This document shows positions 34,307 to 46,956 of a stretch of DNA of 64,000 nucleotides, piece by piece. Origin of the DNA: Entomortierella parvispora E1425 (Eukaryota; Fungi; Mortierellomycota); the NCBI GenBank assembly GCA_020891255.1, contig BQFW01000015.1, positions 682,001 through 746,000 of the forward strand. The letters are read 5' to 3'. Numbering within the stretch: position 1 is the first letter of the stretch; each line of letters begins with the position of its first letter. A program made the translations under genes and the position numbers. The notes under the pieces were generated by a model. That model was given only the letters and a program-made list of their open reading frames with translations. It did no database searches and had not been told where the DNA came from.

Positions 34307-35640
34307 TCAGATGGAGACCCTCTTTGCTTTCTTGCAGTCTGTCACTGTCTTCCGCCTCCTCCTCTCTTTATCACAAGAGATAAAGTGTGAAAGGAAAAAA
34401 AAAGGCCGGAGACTGAATTTTTTGAATTTGCCCCTGAGACCGCGTTGATCTCAGCTCTCATCAATTGTGAGAGGCGCCGGCGATTCACTCCATGGCCTTG
34501 GATGTCCGTCTCTATTTTTTTCAAAAGATAGGGTGATATTAATCCTGTGCACAACGAAACACCACGCCAGCCATGCGAGACATCTTCTCGACCAAGATAC
34601 CTGTTGCGAGACATTAGCGAGAGATATTTCTCGATCATCCGTGTGTTGGATGTGCTCTGCCATGTGGCTTTCTTCGTTCATCTCTCTGTAGTGTACAGGA
34701 GAGTGACAGACCATACAGTTTAGTATAATCGGCGGGGACAGGAGAAGAAGGGTTGATTCTCTTTGCCATCTCCCGTGGCAAAAGAGTGCGTGCAGTCAAC
34801 GCCTTGTGGATTGATAAAGTTCGTCTTTTTGCCTTGGTGACTGAGGGACAAGAGATGGGAACACAGTGGAGCAGTAAACAGATGCGGTCCGGTCCTTCTG
34901 CGTGGTCGAACCCAAAATGGAATAGCGTTTGCACGAGAAAAGAGAGCATTCGAGGCCCTGTCTGCCATGCTTTTCTTCTGGCCCCGTCTTCTCGCGATTA
35001 CTCGGACGATCTTCCCTCTGCTCCTGCAGACAAGAAGAGTATACAATGGCAAGTACGTATCTTAACTAGCTGCTTTCTTTCACAACGCCATCATGGAGGA
35101 AAAGGGCGGATGAAGGAAGAAGGCATGGAAAGACATAGAGTCCTGGTTACTGCCTCTCTGTCCCGCAACCAGCAGGGAAGGGACTACCAGGACCGAACTA
35201 CAGCAGGACAACATAGACTAGAGGGAGACCTTTCAAAAATAAAAAATAAATGGACACAAGTACATGCAGTCAGTACGTGTTGTCGCTCCCACCAAGCCAA
35301 TGACGATCCTCGCCCGACCAAGGTCCGACTCTCATGCAGCAGGAGTGAGAGCAGACAGACGACCGTCGGTTCGTCCGTCCAACAAATGCGTTGTGTCCAT
35401 GGCATCTCTCTCATTCTCCCTCTCCCTCCCCTTCTTCTCTTTCTTGTTTCCTCTTCTTCTTCACCTTTCCTCCTTTCCAGCTCCTTGCCTTTCTCTTTCT
35501 TCGCCTCTTTGTGTTATTTCCGTTCGATCATTCCACACGCTATCAAACCACGCCGATAGACTCTCACTCCTCTCCCGCCTCACCTGTACGCCTCTCCCTC
35601 CCTCTCTTCCACTCTTCCTTTCCACATCTTCAATAGAAAC

Positions 35641-37576
35641 ATGCCCGCAGCCGTACCCACCCCGTGCATCAACATCTCGGCACCTGCTCAACACAATCGT
35701 CTGGCTGTCACTGCTGCCTGCGATACATCCGGCTCTGCAAACTCGTCGATCTCCGGATCTCTTACTGGATCCTTCTCGGGCTCGCTCTCCGCCCCATCCG
35801 CCCTCCGGAGGCCCTCGCTTGTCCACTCTTTCCACTCGGCACAGCTGCGTCGCCCCTCTTTTTTTGCCCCTTTCCCTTACTCTCAATCCCCACAACACTC
35901 CGAGTAAGTCTCTTTGCTCCGTCTTGTGTTTTCTCCGGGCGAGTATGCTCACCGAATATTACCTCCTCTTTTTTTTTCTTTTTAGTCTCGGCCAAAGTGT
36001 GCTGCTTGATGCTTACAGCTCCTCGCCTAGACATGGCGATGTCTATGAGCGAGAACTTGAGGCGGACTATTGCAAAAACTTCTCTTGCTGCGGCCTAACC
36101 CTGAACGATCTTCATGCACTCCTCCAGCACTACGAAGAAGCCCATGTTCGATTTGAGGGAGACGAGAATGACGATGATGATCTGATGGTTGGAGGCTTTA
36201 CAGACGACGACGACTGGTCCACCAACTCTGAAGGCTCTGCTCCAAATAGCCCACAGATGGGCGGAGGGCGCCAAATGTCGTTCTACACTAGTTCCTCTGC
36301 TGCTGCCACGGCCTCTGCGGCGGCGACCGTGGCGGCACTTGCAGCAGCCGCGGCAGCCAAAGCCAGCAATAGCAGCACGAACGCTAATCATGGCAACGCA
36401 AGCCTACTCAAGAAGAAATCGACCGGAGTCTCATTGTCCGACATCTATTCGGAGGATTCAAAATATTCTATCCCCGACAAAGAGGCGGTCTCTGCTTTCT
36501 CGACTTCGGTCCTGCGCTCAACTGCTGGCGCTCAGGCCAAAGATACCCCCAACATGAACAGCAAGAAGAGGGATCTCTCCGCCTTCTCAACCTCTTTTGA
36601 TAGTCAGAGTCCGCTCTTCAAAAAGCCTTCAGTTCCTCCGCAATCTGCCTATCAAAAAGCCGATCTCCGTGAGGACCTCCTTAACTCTGTGAGTGGCTAT
36701 CTAGACAGCATGCTTCCCAAGGATGTCTCTACTGCTACCCACATCAGTGATCCTACAGCTGAGGACCTGATCCGGAAACGTGAGGAAATTGTTAGCATGA
36801 TGGAGAGCATTGGTAAGTCTGGCACCTCTGGCGCAGACAAGCCCTACCGTTGCCACGTCTCGGGCTGCGACAAAGCCTACAAGAACCCCAACGGACTCAA
36901 GTATCATAACCAGCACGGACATTGCTCTATGCCTGGAGTTACGGAAGAGGACAAGACTAACGCAAAGCCGTACAGGTGCTCCTTCCTGGACTGTGGCAAA
37001 TGCTACAAGAATCTGAATGGGCTCAAGTACCATATTGAACACTCCCATCCGAACTTAGCCGCAGCCTTGCATTCCAACAACATCCCTGATTTAGCTGCCC
37101 TTGAGGGTACAAATGCCAGTCCTGCTGCTTTGGCTGCGGCTGCGGCAATTGCCACTGTTCGCTCGGACCCAGTGATGATGTGTGCTGTAAATGCAATCAT
37201 GGCCTCGGCTGCCAACAAGATGTTCTCCACTACGGATCATACTCCAGACTCGAGCCCAAATTCAAGCCCTTCATTTGGCCCTACCACAACATCCATGGGT
37301 CGCGCGACATATAGTGAAAACCCATTCTCAACCGATGTCACGCCTATGACCTCGCCCGTTATGAGTCGTGCAATCTTACCCGGTAATCTCTCGATCCAGA
37401 CGTCGACCATGAGCATCAATGGATCAACCCTAAAGCTTACAGGGTTGATGACTCCTTCCTCGCTCTCGCCTACGTTGGGTGGCCCAAAGTCACCCAATGG
37501 CGCTCATGTCTCAACCTTGACAGCAGCCTTAGCTGCTGTAACGGTGGAGCATGAACGGCTCCAGCAGCTTCAGTAA
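35641..37576 (+). CDS. SFP1: Sfp1/JAZF1-like C2H2 zinc-finger transcription factor, 2 exons (intron 35904-35985)
   Basis: YCKNFSCCGLTLNDLHALLQHYEEAH, DKPYRCHVSGCDKAYKNPNGLKYH and KPYRCSFLDCGKCYKNLNGLKYH. The intron joins the ATG at 35641 to the long frame. Confidence 0.85.
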
Positions 37577-38798
37577 GAGGCCCACTCATACCCAATCTTG
37601 CATGAGAAAAGACAGTGCTGTCTCTTTCTCTCATTTCTCCTCTCCATACATTTGTTACCCGTCAATGACAATACCTCATCTCAAAAGCCCTTGTATTTTT
37701 GTTTTTGCTTCATCCCTCTTCATTGTATTCTTTTCTTCTTTCGCACTTGTATTTATCTCACTTCAATAAAGAACCCCTCCTTTCAGAATAATAAGTCGTG
37801 CTGGCTTCCATGTTAATCTATGACAAGTTTGATTCTCAAGTACGCTCCATGCGCCAATTATTTTTTTTTTTTTTTTGTTTTTCGCCTTCGCCTTCGCGAT
37901 ATCGGGGGGCGTTCTCTTTCAACTCGGCAAATCACAATAAATTTCATCTTCCTGGACGCCAAGACGATCTGTAGTTAGACTGAGCTCATGCGCGGATAAC
38001 TTCAGTCGAGTTCGAGAAGTTGAAGTGTCGATCCTGCTCTTCGTGGGCTTGAGACGGAGCGAGAAAATGGGTGGCATCAAGAGGATATCCACCGGTGGAG
38101 AAATCCGAAGATGAAATAAGTGAAGAGGACAGCGAAGGTCGAAGGAATGGATTCGTGACAACACAGAGTCCAATCTGCCACGGGATTCTGTCCTGTCAAT
38201 AGCCAGCGTGGTCGCGCCATAATAGCCGGCTTTCCTCCTCCAAGGACGAGTCGTTTCGAACGCCGTGGTGGTATATTTTTGAAAACTTCTACTGGCGTCC
38301 AAAAAATACGCCATGATATACTGGCATCAAAAATAGTCGAGAATCTCTGTCCAGTACTTGAGTCGAACTAACTCACTCCCGCAGAAGACTGAATGCGAGT
38401 CTTGGTGGCTGGAATGAAGCACTTGGAGAACTGGTTTGGTCGATCCTGTTTGCCCTTTTTTAAAAAATCCTCGATCGGCTGATGCCTCTTGCAGGCCACA
38501 GGATTAATGTCAACTGGACGACCCGAGAAAGCGATGCATGTCGATACGAGTCGGCCATGGCCATGGCCTCGGTTCCATGCTGCCATGGATGGATTCTGGA
38601 GTGCGGGAAATGAACTATGCTCTCCTATATGAAGGCCCTTGATACCATAATACTATCCTCCCAAAATCGTCTATGACGATGCAACTGAGCAGATCCCAAA
38701 AAGAGGAAAGACATTGAACCAACAAATTGCATCTTTCATGCAACAACCATCTCGTCAACATCTTTCGCCGCAGCCATATTCTTTTCATTTTGCTCACC

Positions 38799-40500
38799 AT
38801 GGGAAGCTAGCACTGTGGAGCCTTATATTCAAGAAGAGGTACGAGCCCTCTGCTGTTTATCCTGGAAATTAGTCCTGCTGCTATCGGATCCAACGCAACA
38901 ATTCAGTTTGACATGCAAAGAAGCATCTTCACCATTCGCTATGCATATACAACCATGCCGAGCAGGACCATGCGCATGCAGGTGTTCCAAAGCGCGTCGA
39001 GCGATCCGTCAGAAGCCCCTCGCAGACCGTACTGAATTTCGATGGATAACATGCAGAAGAGAAGCAGTTCACGCACTTGCCGAGCTTTTGAGAAGCAAAG
39101 GCTGTAAAATCATTGAATCCGAAGCAGACCTATGAATTGCTGCTGATATCAGCCAGGAGATGTCGTGATATCTGGAGATTCGGGCATGCTAATGTATGGC
39201 AATATCTCGACGATTTGGCGTCCAGTGTCGAAAGTCGATTCCATCTCTATGATGTCGATCAAGTACTGGCAACCCTTGCATCAACAGAGCGCAAATGACA
39301 ACTCCTGGGATAGTTTTCCTTGATGACGGGGCGATCTTCGAAAGTGATTCTCTTGGGCACACGAGAAAGGAGGCAGACTGATATCTGAGTCGACATTCGT
39401 GGTCAACTTCATATCGCCTGTACTTCATGGAAGCCTGGAGCTGGAACCCCGAATCAACTCGTAACGTAGCCCCGCATACTCTTTTGCTTTGAAATTCACG
39501 CCATATTTAGCCCAAGCATCTGCTCCGAAGTCCAACAGAACCAAAGACTAAAAATCCGATAGACCAGACATCGTCATGAAATCTCGTAGCCGGGAAACTA
39601 TGTACGGAGAGGTCACTGGACTTGTGTAGGAGCACAATACCTGGAGGGGCCTGTTTCGCCTCTCGCGATTTGGGAAGTTACTCTTTGGATAGCGGATTTG
39701 AGCAGTCGCTGGTCAAGTGGTATTTTCCAATGCTGCTTACATACAGCTGACTGTACGAGCACGTAGAATGTACCTTCTTCAAGAGGTCGGAACGTTTGTG
39801 ATTCCAACTGTGGTCTCCATGAATCCTGCCCTCATTGCCACCCTCCCAACGCTTCTTGTTGCACAGGTATATTTACTCTCACTTATGTTAATGTATTAAT
39901 ACCATGAAAAAAAAATTATAATAATAATAATCGCTGTCAATGCACATCGTTTAGAATGACCTGAAGAGATGTTGTAGAGAGAGCACAGCAATCGGAAGTG
40001 GTCCTGGGGGTGTAGAGACATTCAAGGTGCAAAGAGACGATTGGTTTAAGCACAATAGAGCAACACTAATGGCCTCTCGTATGTGTTGCTGTACAGAATC
40101 ATTGTTTCCGGAGAATGAGAGTGCTTATTGCAACTCAATCATTGAAGTGGTAACATTGGGATCTATCCCTCAAAGCTCTCGCACCTATTCACGATCAGGA
40201 AGACCTTTCACTCCGTACTATGCTCTATTAACATCTGGTCACCCGTTTCTTTGCCATGACCTACCCCAACACAGATCTTCATCTCCTTCTACAAAGATCT
40301 GCCTCAGAATGCTGCACGCTACAAAAAGAGCTGGCCCGTTATAGATCAATTGCTTGTGGGATATACAGTCATACTCGATGAATGTCAAAAAGAGAGTGTG
40401 TGCGGTGAGGTCGTTTGCTCTTGCAAACTCTGGATAATTATATCGATGAGCTTTTGAAAAATGTCGGGAACTTGTTCCCTTGGATGGAGGCGTAAAGAAC
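38799..40500 (+). pseudogene. heavily decayed relic of the same XPG-like(-Fanzor) family as Fanzor C
   Basis: Hand translation across stops and shifts: LWSLIFKKRYEP (~38810), QFDMQRSIFTIRYAY, LRSKGCKIIESEADL*IA (~39095-39141), DVVISGDSGMLMYGNISTIWRPVSK (39159-39233), FHLYDVDQVLATL. Weak GYTVILDE near 40365. The 3' extent is uncertain. Confidence 0.65.
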
Positions 40501-41102
40501 GCCCTAGAGAGATTCTCCTTATATTATGAAATGTTCCGGCCAGGCAGAGCCATCATTGTCGTCAACTTGAGCTGAGTCTTCTCGGTACTCTCGATTTCTG
40601 CATCGAAGCCAGAGCAAGGAAGCAGTGTAGCAAACGCCCGTGTAGCAAACGCGTTTGGATCCACGAGAGCTGGAGCTTGACGACTAGATGGTGGTGTTGC
40701 ACCATAGGTCAAGCAAGCAACGCCCAGGGTGAATCGTTCACCATTATCCAGCCTTGGATGCACTTGAAGAGATGGAAGATAATGGAGCTCCAGCTAGTGG
40801 TCTCGAGACTCTATTAGCTTGCAGAATTACGCGACTAACGACAATTGAGAGAGTAGTATCTTGCGGTACCAATATGTTTGAAATTGATGAACGAGTGGTG
40901 GATGACATGATCTGGCCATCATTGTTTGCGATAGGAAGAATAGCCAACAATGCCTGTTTAACCGGATTCCTCGGCAAGGATCGCCTCCACACCATTATTG
41001 CTGCCCGACTCTTCTGCTTCCGATATCACCTTATGGAGAACCTGTCACTAGGGCACCGCTCCTTGCTCTCCGCCTGCACATAGACGTGCATCTATAGTTC
41101 GT

Positions 41103-41105
<3 letters not shown>

Positions 41106-41147
<42 letters not shown>
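41106..41147. repeat. (AC)~21 microsatellite
   Basis: Seen directly. Confidence 0.95.
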
Positions 41148-41148
<1 letters not shown>

Positions 41149-41331
41149 ATGCGGATATTGTGGGATCGCATGACAGTAACCTCTGGTGATGTTTTCCTTC
41201 AATATCCACCCTAAACGCCTTGAGAATCTAAAATGTGCTATTTTTTTTATTTGATGAATGTAGCGTGAATATTACAGAGATGGAACGGAAAACTAAACTA
41301 GGATGTGCAGGGAGAGGACAAGGACTCTTTT

Positions 41332-42717
41332 TTATAACGCCTTCTTGGCCTCCTGAGCCTTGAGCTCGTTGGCCCTGCGCTCCTTGTAGGCGAGGTACTT
41401 CTTGTTGGTACCAAAAATATGGTCCCACCACCTGAAGCTGGTTGAAAAGTTATTCGTGAAGGCCATGTGGTGATAATCGTGGTGCTCCGAACCGGACCAG
41501 AAGGGCAACCAGTTGTGAGTGGACCAAGGGAAATCGTAACCAGAATGAGCCTCTACGGCCTGGAAGAGACGCAAGGTCATCCAGGTCAAGGTCGTGATCA
41601 AATGCAAATCGTGGGTGAAGAAGCACCAGATCAAGGGACCGCCGATTGTTCCGGTACCCAAAATTATAACCTCAATGGGGTGAGCGTACTCGGCAGCGAG
41701 ACCAAAGGGGGCGGACCATTCGTGATGCAGCTTGTGGATGTGCTTATAGAAAGGTCCGTAGTGAAGACCGCGGTGAGCCCAGTAGTGGAAGAAATCCTCA
41801 AAGATAAAGAACAAGGCAATCTGGAAGATCATCTTGGTGCTATTGGAATTTTAAAAGCAAAAAAAAGGAGATTAGTGTTTTGTTCGTCTTTTTTTTTGCT
41901 TTCCCAAAAAGAAAATGGTGACAGCCCTCTAAAGAACGTGCAAGGATTGAAAGCATCGCACAACTTACATAGAAGGGAAAGGGACAGCCGAGATAGCCAT
42001 ACCAAAGTAGACGGCAATAGGATGGAAGCCGACAATCATGGGCAACTCGAAGATGAAATGGGACATAAGAACATAGCGGAAAACCTTCCATTGGTTCTGG
42101 GAGGTGTTTTGGATGGTCTTTTGCTGAATCTTGTACTTTTGGAGCGAGGGAATCTGGTCAGCGATCAGATAAGGCACGCAGCGTCCAAAGTAGATGATCT
42201 CGTGTGAAATGAAGAGAAGGGCCAAAGTCACCAAGGCCTCGTCGCGGCCCTCAAAGAGGGACGCCCAGTGGGTCTCTACAAAGGACGGTGATGAAAGCGG
42301 GATCGTCGTGTTGGACCTAGTGCAGAGGTGAGGAGGGGGAGGGGCAAGGTGTGTTCAGGTTAGGATCGCCGGCAAAAGAACAGAAACAGAACTGCAATAT
42401 AGATCAGGGACGGCAGTGCGAGTTCAGTGGTGTAGCATCAGTGGCTCCACCCCACAATAATACTGAACGAGCAGAACCAGGGATAACTGATCCTGGAACT
42501 TCAGGGGAGACGGTAATAGTCGACACCGAGCGTATAAGGGTAGAGTGCTACCAGCCTGGGCTTGATGCTGATGTGTTTATCTGTGTTTATCAGGAATTCC
42601 GGCTGGAGAGAAGTATTGTTGTTTGGAAGTAACGCTGAGTCGTTGGGGCCTGTTCCTGAATTGAATTGACTGGTCCTGTGCTGCTGCGGTGTTCGATAGT
42701 GTCGCGAATACTTACAT
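41332..42717 (-). CDS. ERG25: C-4 methylsterol oxidase
   Basis: Histidine boxes FHYWAHRGLH, KHIHKLHHEWSAPFGLAAEYAHP, VEAHSGYDFPW and HHDYHH. The ATG appears split by an intron (AT at 42717-42716, then GTAAG). Confidence 0.93.
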
Positions 42718-43556
42718 GATACCGAAGGGTGAAGGAATGAGGAGTTGATGAGAAGGAAAAGGGAAAAAAAAAAAAAAAAAAAAGATGAGAAAGCGGGATG
42801 AGGAGACCAAATATAAGGAATGAGGAGCGGGAGGAGATTCAAATCGAGAGGCCACAGGAACGCTCCAGCAGGGCCAGACAGCGGGAGAGACAGCCCGAGT
42901 GCGTGCGAAATGGGTGGATCAGATCGATGAGGTGAGGTGAGGGACAGGGAGAGAGGAGGGTGGACTGACAGCGAGCAGCCAGGCGCGGATCTGGAGGGTC
43001 ACCTCATTCTCATGCCGTAGGAAGGCTCCCGCACCGTCGCACGGTAGGCAAACAGATAAACCTCTGCTCTGTGCATCGCAACGGATCAGCTCAGTGCGTG
43101 TCGGCCAATCAGGATGCGGACGGCCCTCAGAGGTCGAAACAACGACTCAAACAAAAGCCAAGCCTCTTGCCTGTTTTGTCAATTGTCAATTACAGAGGGC
43201 TCACGCTATGCGTCCTTTTGCGGATATGCCCCAAATAGACATCAGTCAATTATGGAGGGCAGGTACACGGTGGCTTGTGAACTGTTTCTTTTTTTTTTTT
43301 TTTTTTTTTTTTTTGTACGGCACACTTGAGCCAGGCGACTGCACTACGCCCCTTTTGTGCTACAAAAGCCCCTGCTTCCATCTCTTTCTCCCTCCTCTCC
43401 CTTCCTCCTCGACATCCTTCGACCATCGACTACGGCGCAATCTCAGGAGAACGGACACCCGACCTAGCACCTATACCCCGGCACAGTCCAGAACAACAGT
43501 CCACCGCAGTAAACCCGAATCTACTTTTTCATCCATCAACAAAACAGAGCCCAACC

Positions 43557-46500
43557 ATGCCTGTCTCTCACTCTCGCAGCTCTTCAACTGCGGGCACATC
43601 TTCAAAGGTCGCCTTTGCCACCAACCTGACCACAACCATCCCCTCTCCACTCAATCCTTCCCCCTCCAACAGCAATTCCTCCAACTCCTCTCATATTGGC
43701 CACAAGAAGCGCTCCAGTAGCTCCGAAGTGTTTGTCTCTGAAAACTCGCACATGAAAAGATCAATCTCAACACCAGCCATGGCCTCTGCAGCAATGATCT
43801 CGTCCGAGCAACTTGTTGACTTTGAGAGGCAGCGTCAAGGGCAGATGATGATGACGACTTATATTAGCAGCGCAATTCGGGAAAAGAAACAGGTATGTGC
43901 TTTCTCTTTCCTTTTGCTTGGAGTATCTAACTCGCCCCCATTTTTGCTCTCTTTTTCTCTTTCTACTTCTTTTTTAAATTACTTGTTGTCGAATGGATAT
44001 GTCTACGTATCTTGCACAAAATGAATGGAACGGATGACAAAGAAGCACATATGGATGTGGCATTCTTAACCTGACGGTGTCACTGTTGAATAAACCTCGC
44101 GAAAACCAAGCGACCGAAAACCCCAAGTCAAATCAAAAAAAAGGTCGATAACGAGCGATCCCCTTGCTCATTAAGCCTCTCTGTAAAAGCCCTGACATGT
44201 TTGTGAATGACAAAGAAGCGCATATGGATGTGGCATTCTTACCTTTGACGGTGTCATTCTTTGAACAGTATCAATGACCGTTTGTGAACCTGTGGTCGAC
44301 TAAATAATGTCGCCGAGCTATCCTTTGCTCAAGCCTCTTTGTAAAAATTGACCCAGTTTGCCGATCTACTGGCTTCCTGGCTCTCGACCCCCCCATAGCA
44401 ATGGACTCTTTTGCGATCAAGCATAGAGCGTGGTTGCTTTGCATGTTCGATTGAGCACGGTCATTTGTCCTTCATTTGTCTGCAACAACACCTCACTTTG
44501 TCCCTCTCCATTTCCTTGTCTATGTTTGCTTGTCATATTCCTCCGCTCTTATGGATCCCAGTTACAAAGGGCTTCTTGCTTCAGTCTGACAAAAACAACT
44601 GACATTTTCTTCTAATTTTTGTTGATCATCTTCCAGGGCAACCCTGTGCCCTTTGAGGAGCTCATTGCCCAGCTTACCGTCACCAAGCCGGCGCCGCTGA
44701 CGCCGACAAAGCTGCTCCAGTGGGTGCAGGCGCTAACGCAGTGCATTTCTCTATTGGACAAAACGTGCTCCGTGCTCATTGATGCCATCCTGCAGATCGA
44801 CTGGACAGGGCAGGAGGACATCTTTGTTCAGCACTACATCTCGTTTCTGGGAAATGTCGTATCTGCCCACGCTTTCTACGTCGTTCCGGTTCAGTCCATG
44901 CTTGTTAAAAAGCTTGCCCATCGTACGTACTTTTTTTTCAAGATGATAGTTCTTTTTCTATTTGTACTAAAGTACAGGTGTGTGCTTCATATTATCTACA
45001 GGCTACCGTTCCTCAACACCAGATCAGGAACCCACCATTAGCAGAGAAGGTCGTCATGAACGCGTTCACCAAGCCCTCAAGTACATTCTAGACCTTATAC
45101 CCACCGGTCCCACATCTCTCTTCCCGCTGTTGGCAGAGGAGTTCCCTCACAAGCGAGAATCACTTAACGCTCACATTACATACACCAAGAACATTCTCCG
45201 TGTTCTGGAATACGCCCCGGTCCTTCGGGCGCAGGTTCTCAACATTGTTGTTGATAAGATCATTCAAATCGATGTAAGCATTATTTCTTTCTGCTGACGA
45301 TTCGTTGATGAATCATGGATAAAATTTGCTGACAGTGGTTGTTGCATACTTTGCAGGTCGAGATCCAGGTAGAACTTGAGGAACTTGAGGACTCGGACAC
45401 TGAAGTTGTATATGATTTCGACATGGCAGAAGACAATGACGACTCTGACGATGAATCTGACGACGATCACGACGACAACTCTGACTCTGAGTCTGAGGCC
45501 GAGGAGGTCGCAGTGCTTGATATCAAGGATATGACCCACAAATTGGACGGCATGCTCTTTTTGGTTTTTTCCTATCTGGAAGGCTACGTCAACAGCTGCC
45601 GGCATCTTACAGGCGAGGATGGACAACCTCCTATGCCGATCCAAGAAGTCTTTTTGGTATTGCTGTCGATCTTCATGAAGACCATCCTCCAGACCTTCAA
45701 GTCACGGCATACGCAATTCTTGTTATTCTACTTTATTTCCCTCTCACCTGCGTTCTCGGATTACTTTCTCGGCGCCCTCGGTCAACAAATCCTCGACAGG
45801 TCTCGACCCCAAGTGGTGCGTGTGGCTGCAGCGGCGTACATGTCGTCGTTTGTGGCCCGTGCCAAGTATTTGGACGTCCGACAAGTGGGCATGGTTGTCG
45901 ACATGCTTGGTGCATATGCGCTCGACGTTGTGGAACAAAACGATACTGGATCCAATGTCCTACCAGACGCTGAGAGGTATGCGGTCTTTTACGGTGTTGT
46001 GCAAGCGCTTCTCTATATCTTTTGTTTCCGGTGGAGAGTTTTGGTTGTTGGAGGAAATCAAAGCAAGGTCAGCAGCAACAAGGATGACTTTGAAAGTGCC
46101 GGTATGATTGTTGGAAGCATGGATGGGACCTCGTCTACGAATTCCGGAGCCGCGCCAGCTCGTCAGTGGCATTCTGGCCTTGCGGCATTGCAGCGCGTAG
46201 TAACCAGTCGCCTGAACCCTCTCAAGGTAATTTTTTTTTAAAAAAAAAAAAAAAAAAAAAGAAAACTTTGCGAGCTAGACCACTAACCTTTCCCCTTTGT
46301 ATATTAGATGTGCTCCAACAATGTCGTGAAGCAGTTTGCTCGCCTGTCCAACGACCTCAACTTCATGTACATCTACCCTATCCTGGAACAGAACAAAAAA
46401 ATATTCATTCCTCGCCTCGGTCGCCATATGACGTCAGGTGTACAGTCAGGAACACATGGAGCAGACTCTCCTACTGTTGGAAGTGGTGAAACAATGCCCC

Positions 46501-46856
46501 ACGAACTGGAAACGTTTTTCCCCTTTGATCCTTATCGCCTTCGACAGAGCGCCCCCTTCATGGAAGGAATTTATCAAGAATGGGAAAATGACGAAGAAGA
46601 TGATGAGGACGAGGATGAGGATGAGGATGACGACGACGAGGAATACGATGAAGAAGAATATGAGGATCAAGTCGAGGAGGACGATGAGGAAGACCTCCAG
46701 TTTATTGGCCGCCACAGTGCTCAGCGCCAAAACGACGAAGATGATGAGGAAGAGCTGTCAATGAACAAGTCTATCATGGCCATGAGTATCAGCCCTAGCC
46801 CAGCGCACTTTTTGGTTCAGGGTATGAATGGAAACCTAGGCAACGGTCGACCCTAG
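43557..46856 (+). CDS. RRN3: RNA polymerase I initiation factor Rrn3 (TIF-IA), multi-exon
   Basis: LIPTGPTSLFPLLAEEFPHK, KIIQIDVEIQ, KLDGMLFLVFSYL, SRHTQFLLFY, LNPLK/MCSNNVVKQFA and FFPFDPYRL. First intron 43893-44636. Confidence 0.92.
44030..44600 (+). ncRNA. candidate intronic structured RNAs (possibly H/ACA snoRNAs) in RRN3 intron 1
   Basis: Duplicated hairpin-forming units at ~44033 and ~44207, additional long hairpins at ~44415-44452 and ~44528-44592, and ANANNA- and ACA-like motifs. The intron is 744 nt, much longer than most other introns mapped here (typically 70-110 nt). Confidence 0.35.
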
Positions 46857-46956
46857 GAAAATTATGATCGAATCACGTGGTCAGCCATCAAAAAATAAAA
46901 AGACAAAAAGATGCATTGCTCTTGCTTGTCCACAATCATTTCAAGGTCAAGCCACT

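Noticed and set aside
35264-35985. 770-aa single-exon SFP1 ORF
   Set aside because: The first ~240 codons are pyrimidine-rich 5' UTR, alternate-frame and intron sequence. ATG 35641 plus intron 35904-35985 gives a better model.
37919-38600. Minus-strand ORFs between SFP1 and the XPG-like relic, and ORFs at 40524-41083
   Set aside because: No recognisable motifs. Probably decayed sequence.
44033-44260. SECIS element (ATGA...AA...GA)
   Set aside because: It is intronic rather than in a 3' UTR, no in-frame TGA selenoprotein is nearby, and the stem geometry does not fit.
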